The position numbers and the translations under genes are program-made. Below are positions 30,211-40,055 of a DNA stretch of 64,000 nucleotides, piece after piece. Location of the stretch: positions 1 through 64,000 of IMG/VR virus record IMGVR_UViG_3300028115_001726; one strand, written 5' to 3'. The stretch comes from a virus. Each line of letters opens with the position of its first letter. Position 1 is the first letter of the stretch. The notes below the pieces were generated by a model. It was not told where the DNA came from. It did not search any database and was given only the letters and a program-made list of their open reading frames with translations.

Positions 30211-31159
30211 AATTACACCTATGTCAGAACCCTATGCTTGTCTTACTTGGCAAGTAAATAATTTTTGTAATTTTCAGTGTACCTATTGTAATCCTGGAAA
30301 CTGGGCAGGTGATAATCGCAACAATGGCAATTTGGATTTGTATATAGATAATACAATGAAAATTTTTAACACTTACAAGCAGCGTGGATACAAACATTTT
30401 AAAGTATTTTTTAGTGGTGGAGAACCTACGCATTGGGAAAACTTTATACCTTTAGTTAAACATCTAAAAGAAAAAATTCCTAATATTACTGTTGCTGTAA
30501 ACACTAATTTGTCACGTCCTTTAAAATATTGGAAAGAACACTATCATTTGTTTGACGATATTGTTGCTAGTTTTCATGTTGAGTTTTGTAAAAAAGATCG
30601 CTATATAGAAAACGCAAAATTTTTATGCGATAAAGTTGATTACCTTTGTACAAAAATGTTAATGCATGATGATCGGTTTTGGGAAGTAGTTGAATTTGGC
30701 AAACGTGTCAGACAAGAAGTTCCGAATTATAATTTAGAATGGACACCGTTATTTGACGAAATGAGTGTAAATGCTGGACCGTGGCAATACAAAGATCCAA
30801 TAAAACAAAATTTTCTCGAAAACGCAGAATTTGAAACTGTACAACGTATAGATAAACCATATAGAGAAAACTACGCTGTAAGCATGGCACATTACGATAC
30901 TGGCATTGAACCTGTAAACAGTAATAAAATAATAGCTGCTAGACAAAACTTTTTTAAAGGATGGAAATGTCAAGTAGACGATGCGTTGTTTATTAATCCA
31001 CGTGGAGACATAAGTGGAGCAAGTTGCGGAGTCGGACAAACACATGGTAATATTACTAATAAAAACTTGACATTTGATCTAAAACCTGTTATATGTAACA
31101 AAGATCACTGCCATTGCGGCACAGATATTATTATACCTAAGGAGCCTATGCGTGTATAA
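30194..31159 (+). CDS. Radical SAM enzyme with C-terminal Cys cluster (class B, #5)
   Basis: CNFQCTYC, SGGEP; C-terminal FKGWKC...SCG...ICNKDHCHCGTD. Confidence 0.9.
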   Translation: MSTLLKITPMSEPYACLTWQVNNFCNFQCTYCNPGNWAGDNRNNGNLDLYIDNTMKIFNTYKQRGYKHFKVFFSGGEPTHWENFIPLVKHLKEKIPNITVAVNTNLSRPLKYWKEHYHLFDDIVASFHVEFCKKDRYIENAKFLCDKVDYLCTKMLMHDDRFWEVVEFGKRVRQEVPNYNLEWTPLFDEMSVNAGPWQYKDPIKQNFLENAEFETVQRIDKPYRENYAVSMAHYDTGIEPVNSNKIIAARQNFFKGWKCQVDDALFINPRGDISGASCGVGQTHGNITNKNLTFDLKPVICNKDHCHCGTDIIIPKEPMRV

Positions 31160-31883
31160 ACATGTTTTTATAAATGGTTGTAGTCATAGTGCTGGAAGCG
31201 AATTAGAAGGCAGCGGCATTGGCGAAGGTACCTATAATAGAGATAATTGTTTTGGCGCACAAATTGCTAGTAAATTAAATGCTACATGGACAAATTGCGC
31301 ATATCCTGGAGCCAGCAATGATTACATTGCTAGGACAACTTTGTACTGGTTATTAGAAAACAAAGAACTTGCTAAAGATACATTGTTTTTAATACATTGG
31401 ACAGGTACAGATAGAACAGAATATTTTTATGAAAAGAGCAAAACTACAGCATACGATTTTATAAAGTTTGCTCCAGATACAAATGTAACACATTTACATC
31501 CTCAGCATTATCCTGATTGGGCACCTAAGCAATGGAGGAAAAATCTTGATGTATTAGGCAACCATCTTTTTATAAATCCTGTTCAATGGAATATTAATAG
31601 GTATAATAACATTATTCAAACGCAAGAATTATTAAAAGCATATAATTTAAAATACATTTTTAGAAATGCTTTTCAATGTTGTGAAACCACACCGAGGTAT
31701 ACATATTATATAAACAAAATTGATAAAGATAATTTTTTAGATTTTGATAATGCTGAAGAAAGTTTTTGGGAACACTGCTTATCGCAAGGATTTGACACTG
31801 TAGGACAACAATATTGGCATCATAGATTACCAGCGCATACTTACTGGGCTAATAAAATTTGTTCGTCTAGTTTAGCATTATAA
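31152..31883 (+). CDS. SGNH/GDSL-like protein (G-C-S variant)
   Basis: FINGCSHSAG (block I), PGASND (block II), C-terminal WHHRLPAH. Confidence 0.5.
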   Translation: MYKHVFINGCSHSAGSELEGSGIGEGTYNRDNCFGAQIASKLNATWTNCAYPGASNDYIARTTLYWLLENKELAKDTLFLIHWTGTDRTEYFYEKSKTTAYDFIKFAPDTNVTHLHPQHYPDWAPKQWRKNLDVLGNHLFINPVQWNINRYNNIIQTQELLKAYNLKYIFRNAFQCCETTPRYTYYINKIDKDNFLDFDNAEESFWEHCLSQGFDTVGQQYWHHRLPAHTYWANKICSSSLAL

Positions 31884-33184
31884 TCGGTAAACCATTCTGA
31901 TACAGTTTGTACTCTATTATAATTGTGTTCTAAAATAGGAATCATTGACCTGTACATTTTTCTAAGTTCGTCAATACTAAAATTGTTAATATAATTAATT
32001 GTATCACATACTGCTACTAATCTGTCACTTGTACACAAAATACTATCATACTCTTCAGGCCAATAATCGCCAAAAGTTTTAAATCCTAATTCTTGTAAGT
32101 AGGATAATGTACCTGGTGCGCCTACCATTACAATTGGGCGAAATGCTTTTAGAGCATTTAATGTTTTTTCACTTATATTTGACCATGGTTGTGTAACTCT
32201 TGTTTCATTAACTATTGCGCAAAAAGATTTTGTGTATATTCTTTCAGGATCCTGTGTACGCCTTCGATTGACCATACCCGATGTATTGTAATCTGGATCT
32301 GGTTGTGTTATATTACATGCTTTAGGATGTCTAACTTCAAAATGTAGTGGCACTTGCTCTTGTAACTTTGTATTGCCATCTAAAAGCATTTTCGACATAT
32401 TTGGATGTTTTTCTTTAAAAGTATTCCAATCAAACCACATATTGTTTACCATATCCTCGTTAGATAATTTATGGTAGAAACTTACATTGTTAGTTTTTGT
32501 AATATCGTTTGCTGCTAAAAAAGCAGTCATGAAATGTCTTGTTGGGTCGTATCTCCAAGCGCCACTGAAAAACTTTTGAGAAATTTTCTTAGGATTTATA
32601 ACAGGATATATATCGCCAGGTTCCATACCAGCTCTATTATAATCTTCTTGCATTAAAAATCTACTACTAAACCAGCTTACAAATAAATCTGTACTTTTAA
32701 ATTTAATATTTTTATAAATTTTACTGTAGTGTTTCCAACTTAAATGATCAGTACAATGTACATGTAAGTCAATATTATGTTTTTTTGCCCAGCTATCAAG
32801 TGAGTCAAGTTCGTAACATCTAATAGTTTCTGTTAGCTCGACTTGATTATCATATCGTAGAATATGCGGTTCAAGTCTTCCATGATTATTTGGTATGTAA
32901 TGTGTTAGCACTTCAAAAAAGTAAAAATTTATTTTTTGTGTTTTTAAAATTTCGTTATGAATAGGACTTAAAAACAATCTATCTAAATTTGGAATAGTAT
33001 GTGTGCCATTGTAAATAATTGTTGGTTCTGGATGTTTTTTTAAAAAACTTTCATTTACTAAGTCCATTAATCCTTCAATCTCTTTTATTTGAGATAGAGG
33101 TGTTTTAGAACCATCTTTTCTGATAAGCTCTGGCAGTAAGTTGTTTCGAGGCATAAAATATAAGCAATTAAACCAGTTATACAA
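31841..33184 (-). CDS. GT10/fucosyltransferase-like protein
   Basis: C-terminal FCAIVNET...ISEKT.....RP....G..G.L..L..LGFKTF...W.E.YD resembles the GT10 nucleotide-sugar-binding motif. TTG start with GGAG SD. Confidence 0.5.
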   Translation of the reverse strand: MYNWFNCLYFMPRNNLLPELIRKDGSKTPLSQIKEIEGLMDLVNESFLKKHPEPTIIYNGTHTIPNLDRLFLSPIHNEILKTQKINFYFFEVLTHYIPNNHGRLEPHILRYDNQVELTETIRCYELDSLDSWAKKHNIDLHVHCTDHLSWKHYSKIYKNIKFKSTDLFVSWFSSRFLMQEDYNRAGMEPGDIYPVINPKKISQKFFSGAWRYDPTRHFMTAFLAANDITKTNNVSFYHKLSNEDMVNNMWFDWNTFKEKHPNMSKMLLDGNTKLQEQVPLHFEVRHPKACNITQPDPDYNTSGMVNRRRTQDPERIYTKSFCAIVNETRVTQPWSNISEKTLNALKAFRPIVMVGAPGTLSYLQELGFKTFGDYWPEEYDSILCTSDRLVAVCDTINYINNFSIDELRKMYRSMIPILEHNYNRVQTVSEWFTDYNAKLDEQILLAQ

Positions 33185-33204
33185 TTTGGTACTCCATGGA
33201 TGGT

Positions 33205-33226
33205 TAAATATATACGCATATATTTA
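33205..33226. promoter_or_regulatory. Opposed pair of TAAATA boxes around TACGCA
   Basis: TAAATA (+, 33205-33210), TATACGCATA, TATTTA (minus-strand TAAATA, 33221-33226) in a 54-bp divergent gap. Confidence 0.5.
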
Positions 33227-33238
33227 TTGTAAAACAAA

Positions 33239-34030
33239 ATGGATCAACTTACTTTTAATACAAATTTTCCTCTTCTAATCGATCTAGAGCATGTCAACGG
33301 TGATTATGAATGGTATAGTACCGATGACGAAAATGCTTATAGATTTAACAGGAAAAAGATGGGGCATACATGGAGATATGCTACTGAAAAAATTAATTAT
33401 AAATTTAATTCTTTAGGTTATAGAACAAAAGAAATATCAGACTTAGATAAAAATTTTATGTTAGCATTTGGATGTAGTTTTACTGAAGGAGTTGGAATAT
33501 CAGAGGATGATATCTGGACTAGGCATGTAGCAGAGTATTGCGGTTTAGATCTATTTAATGCTAGTAAACAGGCAAGTTCGTCTCTTGTGCCTTTTCAAAA
33601 TTCTATAATGTGGAAAGCAAATAAATTACCAATACCAAAATTAGTTGTATGTCAATGGCCTCAAAAAACAAGACGTTTATTTGGCGATACACACAATCAA
33701 TTTTTTATTACGTTAAATGATAGAAGCGAAACAAAAACACTTGATGGTAAATGGTGGGGCAGAAGGTACTTAGATGATGTTGGAGACATGAATCTAACAG
33801 TACAAGGACATTACGAAGGATTAAACGCTGTGTGGCAAGCACTTGGTGTGCCTGTGCTAAATTTTTGTTGGGAACAAAATTGGTTAGAAGTACCTTTATA
33901 TACAAAGATGCATCATATACATTCAGCAGTAGGTAGTTTTGGTGCTAGAGATTGTGGCCACGATGGTCCTGAATTCCATTTATCAACAGCAGAACAACTT
34001 AACGATATTTTATCCTCTTACGAGATCTAA
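33239..34030 (+). CDS. SGNH/GDSL-like protein (G-C-S variant)
   Basis: YKFNSLGYR, AFGCSFTEGVG, C-terminal ARDCGHDGP (D-x-x-H). Confidence 0.55.
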   Translation: MDQLTFNTNFPLLIDLEHVNGDYEWYSTDDENAYRFNRKKMGHTWRYATEKINYKFNSLGYRTKEISDLDKNFMLAFGCSFTEGVGISEDDIWTRHVAEYCGLDLFNASKQASSSLVPFQNSIMWKANKLPIPKLVVCQWPQKTRRLFGDTHNQFFITLNDRSETKTLDGKWWGRRYLDDVGDMNLTVQGHYEGLNAVWQALGVPVLNFCWEQNWLEVPLYTKMHHIHSAVGSFGARDCGHDGPEFHLSTAEQLNDILSSYEI

Positions 34031-35011
34031 TGTACAGCAATGAAAACAGCCGCCTAGCGTTCTAGCATGGCGAAGTGGTAGCATAGCACATTCAATACCG
34101 TGTGCTTCTAGTGCCTTACGTGTTGGCTCTTGATGTTCTTCTAATACAACTAAGTTTGGATTTACACTGAACAAGTTTACGTTCCAAGTCCAAATACTAC
34201 TGTTACACAATCCTGGATAGTGTCCAGCGTCTACAGCATCAGGTGCCCAAATTACATCCCATTTGTTAAAAGGATCAGGTAGAACGTCCATACTTTTTAT
34301 TCTGCTAGGATTAGCAAGTAATAATCCTTCACGCAAAAACGCAATAGTGCTATCGATATGCATATAGCTGTATACATCTTCAAGACGATGAACACGTATA
34401 TTACCTGGTTCAGAAAAACTGTTTTCAGGTTTGTTTATCCAAGTTTGTAAATAAGCAGCACCTGCTTTGTTACCACTATTGCTTACCAAATACAAAATAT
34501 CGTCGTTAGCTCTAATAGCATTAGCAGCGTCAAAACAAGGTGCTACTTCAGTGAGGGCAAGGCGATCTGGATCTCCAACGCATGATTCGTCATACAATCC
34601 TGTTCTGTCGATGCCGTGTCCTATTTCAATAGGACTAACACCAGGCAGTAGATGTCGCCATTCTGTTTCTCTTGCTGCGAGGGCCATTGGAGCAGCAAAA
34701 GCTCTGTTGCCATGAACAAATACAGTATCACGTGGGCAATAGTTGTAGTATTCAACTTCTTCTGTACGCTTAGGTCTTACTACTTCAACACTCTCGCCTT
34801 CTAAAAACTTTACAAAAGTTTCAAGATCTTCGTTTGATTCTTCTACAACTTGATCAGGATATAAGCCAGCCTTTACATCACTTACATCCTGTCTGTCTGC
34901 GTAATTGATTACACGCAAACTTTCGTCCATCTCGGGAATGCGGCAATAGTCAGCAACTCCGACACAAACCTTTTTCAACGTATCCCATTCGTTTGTACTA
35001 TAAATATTCAT
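34010..35011 (-). CDS. Amidinotransferase (glycine/inosamine-phosphate amidinotransferase family)
   Basis: NEWDTLK.V.VG, CPRD, FDAAN, HIDST and LGGCFHCCTLDL: the Asp-His-Cys catalytic set of AGAT/StrB1-type enzymes. Confidence 0.9.
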   Translation of the reverse strand: MNIYSTNEWDTLKKVCVGVADYCRIPEMDESLRVINYADRQDVSDVKAGLYPDQVVEESNEDLETFVKFLEGESVEVVRPKRTEEVEYYNYCPRDTVFVHGNRAFAAPMALAARETEWRHLLPGVSPIEIGHGIDRTGLYDESCVGDPDRLALTEVAPCFDAANAIRANDDILYLVSNSGNKAGAAYLQTWINKPENSFSEPGNIRVHRLEDVYSYMHIDSTIAFLREGLLLANPSRIKSMDVLPDPFNKWDVIWAPDAVDAGHYPGLCNSSIWTWNVNLFSVNPNLVVLEEHQEPTRKALEAHGIECAMLPLRHARTLGGCFHCCTLDLVRG

Positions 35012-35015
35012 AACG

Positions 35016-35045
35016 TATTTACAAAATTAAATGCGTACTTAATTA
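35016..35045. promoter_or_regulatory. Divergent TAAATA / TAATTA boxes, each 4 nt from an ATG
   Basis: Minus: TAAATA-cgtt-ATG(35011). Plus: TAATTA-taat-ATG(35050). ATGCGTA lies between them. Confidence 0.55.
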
Positions 35046-35049
35046 TAAT

Positions 35050-36138
35050 ATGGATAAATTTATATTTGACAAAGTATTTGATGGCGTGTACTATTGGTTT
35101 GTTTGGGCACAGATAGACGGTAAACATCTTAGAAGAAAAATAGCCGAACCAGAAGTTAAAAAATTAATGATAATGGGCTTTGAAGAATATGAAGTAATGT
35201 CTGTGTATGGAAATAGACAAGACTGGGACGATTTTTTAAAATATGCTGCCGAATGTAATGTAGAAGTATTTTTAATTAGACCTGCTTATTTAGACACCGA
35301 ATTAAATTACAGGCATTACATTACCGAAGGCAAAAATTTAATACAATATATGCATTATTTTGGAGCAGCAGCATTACATACTTACATTAATAGCAAATAT
35401 ACAGTAATACAACCCAAAGTTTTTAAGAAAACATTTACAAGTCTAAATAATAAAGGTCATATACATAGGTGTATTTTCTTTGATGAAATGTATAAACAAA
35501 ATCAACGACACAAAGGTTTTGTTTCATGGGGTGCTAACGATATCAATTGGGACTATAAATGGAAATACTTTGATACACCTAACATTCCACAAAAACTTGA
35601 TTGGGAGTCAGTTGATGATCCAAGAAATGACATATTATTTCCTCCAAAACAATTTGGTAGTAGTTTATGGAGTGTAGTATGTGAAAGCAATACAGAATGT
35701 ATATTTACAACAGAAAAAACATACATTCCAATTTTACATAAGCGTCCTTTTGTAACCTATGCTGTTCCAAATTTTAACAAAGCACTTGAAAATTTAGGAT
35801 TTAAACTGTTTGACGAATATATTGATTATAGTTTTGATAGCATAGACAACGATAGAAAACGTGCTGAAGAATTTTGGAAACAGATAAACAAATTACATGA
35901 TTTAGATCATGCTAAAGTAAAAGAAGAATTACAAGAAAAAATTGATTACAATTTTAATTGGCTTTGTACTATGTGTTTAAATCCTCAAAACCATTTGCCA
36001 AAAGAATTTTTAGACATGGTCGAAAATGTTGAGCATTTACATATGCAAGAAGTATATAACCCTCGTATATTCATAGACAGAACAAAATTTAATGAATGGT
36101 GTGTAAGACACAATTTTAATTTTAAGGAAATAAAATGA
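35050..36138 (+). CDS. GT10/fucosyltransferase-like protein
   Basis: FTSLN...HIHR, VVCES...FTTEKT..PI..KRPF......L..LGFKLFDEYIDYSFD. Paralog of 31841 and 38476. Confidence 0.5.
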   Translation: MDKFIFDKVFDGVYYWFVWAQIDGKHLRRKIAEPEVKKLMIMGFEEYEVMSVYGNRQDWDDFLKYAAECNVEVFLIRPAYLDTELNYRHYITEGKNLIQYMHYFGAAALHTYINSKYTVIQPKVFKKTFTSLNNKGHIHRCIFFDEMYKQNQRHKGFVSWGANDINWDYKWKYFDTPNIPQKLDWESVDDPRNDILFPPKQFGSSLWSVVCESNTECIFTTEKTYIPILHKRPFVTYAVPNFNKALENLGFKLFDEYIDYSFDSIDNDRKRAEEFWKQINKLHDLDHAKVKEELQEKIDYNFNWLCTMCLNPQNHLPKEFLDMVENVEHLHMQEVYNPRIFIDRTKFNEWCVRHNFNFKEIK

Positions 36139-36950
36139 GATTATTTGCGTTTGGTTGTAGTTTTACAAATTATGCTTGGCCTACATGGGCTACTATTATG
36201 GCGTATGATTTACAAATACCTATATACAATTTTGCTATAGCAGGCTTAGGCAATAGAGGTATTATGAATCGTATAGTTGAAGCTGATGCTAAATTTAACA
36301 TTCAACCTGAAGATAAAATTGTAATACTTTGGTCAAGTTTTGAACGTTGGGATCATATACACGATGGAGAATATCAAGCGGTTGGTAGTATTTTTGCTCA
36401 CGGTAGAGAAATGAAATGGCTTCAAGATAGATGGAATTATCCAGAAGATTTAGTTTTCAATTATAGTGAAATTATTACAGTTAACCGTGCTTGGAAAGAC
36501 AATATTTTTTGGCAAGGTATGGCATTTGATCCACACATAGGCGACGGCGGAGCATATATTAAATCTTTAGATTTATTAGCTGGTAAAAAGTTTGAAGAAT
36601 TATACAAAGATAAATTACCCAAGTTGCCTATTTGTATTGAGTTTGATGAAAAAGGTAATGCTTGGAATGGGTTGTTAGACGATTTACATCCTGATGTAAT
36701 AGGACACATGAATCTTTTAGAAAAATACATGTACAGCGATTTAGATTTACAATTACGTCCAGAAACAAAAGTTATTTTTCAAGAACTACATGTTGATTTA
36801 GAAAAAGAATACCGTAAACCAGAAAATGTAAATAATCTTGTTGGCGATACTGTAGGAAATGCCACTCTTAGATGTCTAAGAGCAAAATATAAAGCAAACA
36901 TTTACCCATATGTAGGTAGCTGGTCTCTATCAGATAACATTGTGTATTAG
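36135..36950 (+). CDS. SGNH/GDSL-like protein (G-C-S variant)
   Basis: MRLFAFGCSFT, AGLGN, ILWS...RWD, DDLHP (D-x-H). Confidence 0.55.
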   Translation: MRLFAFGCSFTNYAWPTWATIMAYDLQIPIYNFAIAGLGNRGIMNRIVEADAKFNIQPEDKIVILWSSFERWDHIHDGEYQAVGSIFAHGREMKWLQDRWNYPEDLVFNYSEIITVNRAWKDNIFWQGMAFDPHIGDGGAYIKSLDLLAGKKFEELYKDKLPKLPICIEFDEKGNAWNGLLDDLHPDVIGHMNLLEKYMYSDLDLQLRPETKVIFQELHVDLEKEYRKPENVNNLVGDTVGNATLRCLRAKYKANIYPYVGSWSLSDNIVY

Positions 36951-37517
36951 ATTATAAATGTTTGGATAATCTTTGTATGTCCAAAGTTTTGGTTTTGATT
37001 TGATAGCATCAGGCAATTTGTCTAATCCTAGTTGTGCTGTTTCTGGAGTCATGTAATAATGATATCCGGCACTGTGAATATCTTGTTCTGCCCATGGAGC
37101 ATTACGATGTCTGCCATCGTATCCCAATTTTATTAAATCATCTCTTTCTTGCTTGCTACTTAAAAGTATAGCACCACCCCTACCTAAACTCAAATGTTTT
37201 TTAAATTGAAAACTTAAACACATATAACTGTTGACAATATAACTGTTTCGTCTCCATAACACAGCAGCATCGTATATGTTTTGACTTAGATAATAATATT
37301 CTTCCCATCGAGTGTTTGCCCATGATACAGTAGCACCTACTTTTTTTGCTGTCATAGGTACACTTAGATATGTTTGCTTTGGCACAGATACATTTTTTAC
37401 TTCCTTGTATCTTAGAATTAATTCGATAGCATGAGTACAGCAGTCAGTGCTTACAGCATATGGAGCACCAAAAAATTCTGCTATTTCTTTTTCAAACTTA
37501 TCTACCGTATCAAACAT
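36930..37517 (-). CDS. DegT/DnrJ/EryC1/StrS-family PLP aminotransferase, short form (195 aa)
   Basis: FEKEIAEFFGAPYAV...CT.AIEL, YDAA, CLSFQFKKHL..GRGGAIL, GYHYYM. Start moved to MFDTV at 37517 because TAAATA lies 4 nt upstream and the longer ORF would overlap the divergent gene. Confidence 0.8.
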   Translation of the reverse strand: MFDTVDKFEKEIAEFFGAPYAVSTDCCTHAIELILRYKEVKNVSVPKQTYLSVPMTAKKVGATVSWANTRWEEYYYLSQNIYDAAVLWRRNSYIVNSYMCLSFQFKKHLSLGRGGAILLSSKQERDDLIKLGYDGRHRNAPWAEQDIHSAGYHYYMTPETAQLGLDKLPDAIKSKPKLWTYKDYPNIYNLIHNVI

Positions 37518-37521
37518 AATG

Positions 37522-37569
37522 TATTTAACCACCAGATCTAATAAGTACATGGTTAATGGATCGTAAATA
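37522..37569. promoter_or_regulatory. Divergent TAAATA boxes
   Basis: Minus TAAATA-catt-ATG(37517). Plus TAAATA at 37564-37569 followed by AAGGAG SD and ATG at 37586. Confidence 0.55.
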
Positions 37570-37585
37570 CTGTAAGGAGTTCTAC

Positions 37586-38497
37586 ATGAAAATATTATTA
37601 ACTGGATCAAGCGGATTTATTGGACAGCATTTGTTACCTAGATTACAAGCAATTGGAGAAGTTCACGAATTAAAAACAGACTTGACACATCACACTGGTA
37701 TTCAACAAGAAGTAAAAGAAGTAAATCCTGATATTGTAGTTCATTTAGCAGCAAGGACAGAAGTTCAAAAAAGTTTTTACGAACAAGTAAGTTTTAGTGA
37801 AGTAAATTATGTAGGAACAGTAAATCTTATCGAAGCATGTAGACAACTAAGTACATTACCTTATTTTGTATTCGCAAGTACAATGGAAGTTTATGGCTGG
37901 CAACCCATTTCAGATGAAGTAGAACAAACCGGAACTTATAAAGAAAGCGTTGCTTTTGATGAATATACGCAGCCTAATCCAAATGCTCCTTATGCTGTTG
38001 CCAAGTATGGTTGTGAAAAATATTTAGAATATGCTGGTAGAGCATACGGTTTGCCTTGGGCTAGTTTTAGACAGACTAATAGTTACGGACGCAAAGACAA
38101 TGACTTTTTCGTTACTGAACAAATTATTTCTCAAATGATAAAAGGTGATACTTGTAATTTAGGTTATGCTGAACCTTATAGAAACTTTATTTACATTAGT
38201 GACTTGCTAGATGCGTGGATGGCTGTAATTGAAAATAGAGATGCGTGTAAAGGCAACTTCTATACTATTGGACCAGATGATCCACGTAAGATTAAAGATT
38301 GTGCTCATTATATCCAACAGCAATTAGGGTGGAATGGAACTATAAACTGGGATACAAAAGATCCACGACACGGAGAAATTTGGTGGCTTAATAGTAATCA
38401 TAATCTTCTTACAAGTAAAACTGGGTGGAAACCCAAAGTATCTTACGAAGAAGGTGTTGAAAGGACTATACACCATTGGAAATCAATTCTAACATAA
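37586..38497 (+). CDS. NAD-dependent NDP-sugar epimerase/dehydratase (extended SDR)
   Basis: MKILLTGSSGFIG (GxxGxxG), VVHLAA, ASTMEVYG, PYAVAK (YxxxK), R.FIYI.D. Start at 37586 supported by AAGGAG. Confidence 0.9.
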   Translation: MKILLTGSSGFIGQHLLPRLQAIGEVHELKTDLTHHTGIQQEVKEVNPDIVVHLAARTEVQKSFYEQVSFSEVNYVGTVNLIEACRQLSTLPYFVFASTMEVYGWQPISDEVEQTGTYKESVAFDEYTQPNPNAPYAVAKYGCEKYLEYAGRAYGLPWASFRQTNSYGRKDNDFFVTEQIISQMIKGDTCNLGYAEPYRNFIYISDLLDAWMAVIENRDACKGNFYTIGPDDPRKIKDCAHYIQQQLGWNGTINWDTKDPRHGEIWWLNSNHNLLTSKTGWKPKVSYEEGVERTIHHWKSILT

Positions 38498-39462
38498 ACT
38501 ATAGTAATAAGGCTCATAATAGATATACAGATCCATTTGGATTACCTTACAAGTCTTTTCAACACTGGCAGGAAAATCCTGTTGGAAAATATTTTTTTAT
38601 AAAATATTTTAGAGATCGCGATGACGAAGAGATTATAAAAAATGTAAAAGAAAATGAAAATGTTTTTTATATTTTACATGATAACTTAGAAGGTTATGCC
38701 AAACGCAGATTTAAAAAAATAGATGCGTTTGTTAATGAAAATAATTTACACAACAAAGTTTATTTTTCTACTAGTTTAAAAAGCACAGCAGAAGAATATG
38801 AAGATTGGCTACAACAATATAAGTTGCCAAAAGTTTTTACTGCTTTTTATTATCCCGAGTGGTATCATAGAGTATACGATAATCTTATAGACTATAGATT
38901 AAAAAAGTTTTCATATCGAAAAGATATGTATTTTTGTTGTTTGAATAACAGACATCATGAACATAGAGTTTTACTAATACAAGATTTACAAAATAATGAA
39001 ATATTAGATAAAGGACTTGTAAGTAGCGACTTTCATAAAATATCTATTGACGGAATAGGTTCAAGGCCAAATGATTATAATCCTTTAATATATGCTAAGT
39101 CTTTAATAAATGTTGTAACTGAAACATATTATAGACAAGAATGGAATAATACTGGCAATTTGTTTTTTAGCGAAAAAATATGGAAGCCTATAGTTTGTAA
39201 ACAAGCATTTATCATTGTAGGACCTAAGCATTCTTTAAAATATTTGAAAGAACTTGGATTTAGAACTTTTGATAAAATTTGGGACGAAAGTTATGACAAT
39301 GAAGACTATAAAAAAAGACTTTACATGGCAGCCAATTCGTTGTATAATACAATTAATAATTATTCTATAGAAGAACTTAATCAAGCCACGTTAGAAATTA
39401 GAAAACATAATTTTCAACACTTTAAAAAAATTAGACAAGAAATGATTAAAACATGTTGGTAG
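38476..39462 (+). CDS. GT10/fucosyltransferase-like protein
   Basis: FCCLNNR...HR, INVVTET...FFSEKIWKPI...AFIIVG....LKYLKELGFRTFDKIWDESYD. Exact start uncertain (TTG at 38476). Confidence 0.5.
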   Translation: MEINSNINYSNKAHNRYTDPFGLPYKSFQHWQENPVGKYFFIKYFRDRDDEEIIKNVKENENVFYILHDNLEGYAKRRFKKIDAFVNENNLHNKVYFSTSLKSTAEEYEDWLQQYKLPKVFTAFYYPEWYHRVYDNLIDYRLKKFSYRKDMYFCCLNNRHHEHRVLLIQDLQNNEILDKGLVSSDFHKISIDGIGSRPNDYNPLIYAKSLINVVTETYYRQEWNNTGNLFFSEKIWKPIVCKQAFIIVGPKHSLKYLKELGFRTFDKIWDESYDNEDYKKRLYMAANSLYNTINNYSIEELNQATLEIRKHNFQHFKKIRQEMIKTCW

Positions 39463-40055
39463 ACTTAGACGATGTAGCATTTTGGATGGATGCTGTGCGA
39501 AACAACGAAAATCATTTCGGTGTGTTAGAAAGTTTTTGGAAAGGACAACTTAAAAGCAAAGTGTGGCTTGTAGAGCATCTACATAATTCTCATTGGCGTC
39601 AAGAGAACATTGTAATCTTTGGCGGTTGGAACGGTGTATTATCTAGTTTGTTGTTTAACAGTAAATTAGACATAAATGACATACGTAGTGTTGATATAGA
39701 TCCGAGTTGTGAAGAAGTTGCTAACATGATTTGTAAGAGGCAAGAAATTGAAGGCAAATTTAATGCTATTACTTGCGATATGTGTACATACGAATATGAA
39801 TTTACTCCTGATCTTGTAATAAACACTAGTACAGAACATATAACACAAGAACAATATGAAACATGGTTAGAACGTGTTCCAAAAACAAGTGCTATTGCTA
39901 TACAAAATAACAATTATAAAAGTATTGCTGATCATATTCGTTGTTATGATTCATTAGAAGAATTCAAAATGTCCAGTGGTTTACAAAAGATATATACAGA
40001 GGATACTCTTAAATTACCATTGTATGATAGATATCTTTTGATTGGGCGCAAATGA
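39453..40055 (+). CDS. Class I SAM-dependent methyltransferase-like protein
   Basis: IVIFGGWNG (motif I-like), IRSVDID, TCDM, DLVINTSTEH. Paralog of the C-terminal part of 56381. Confidence 0.6.
   Translation: MLVDLDDVAFWMDAVRNNENHFGVLESFWKGQLKSKVWLVEHLHNSHWRQENIVIFGGWNGVLSSLLFNSKLDINDIRSVDIDPSCEEVANMICKRQEIEGKFNAITCDMCTYEYEFTPDLVINTSTEHITQEQYETWLERVPKTSAIAIQNNNYKSIADHIRCYDSLEEFKMSSGLQKIYTEDTLKLPLYDRYLLIGRK

Noticed and set aside
37518-37610. Longer N-termini given by the ORF track for 36930..37610, 37556, 49107..50414, 55051 and 61713
   Set aside because: Downstream starts (37517, 37586, 50372, 55072, 61731) fit promoter, SD or overlap signals and family N-termini better.
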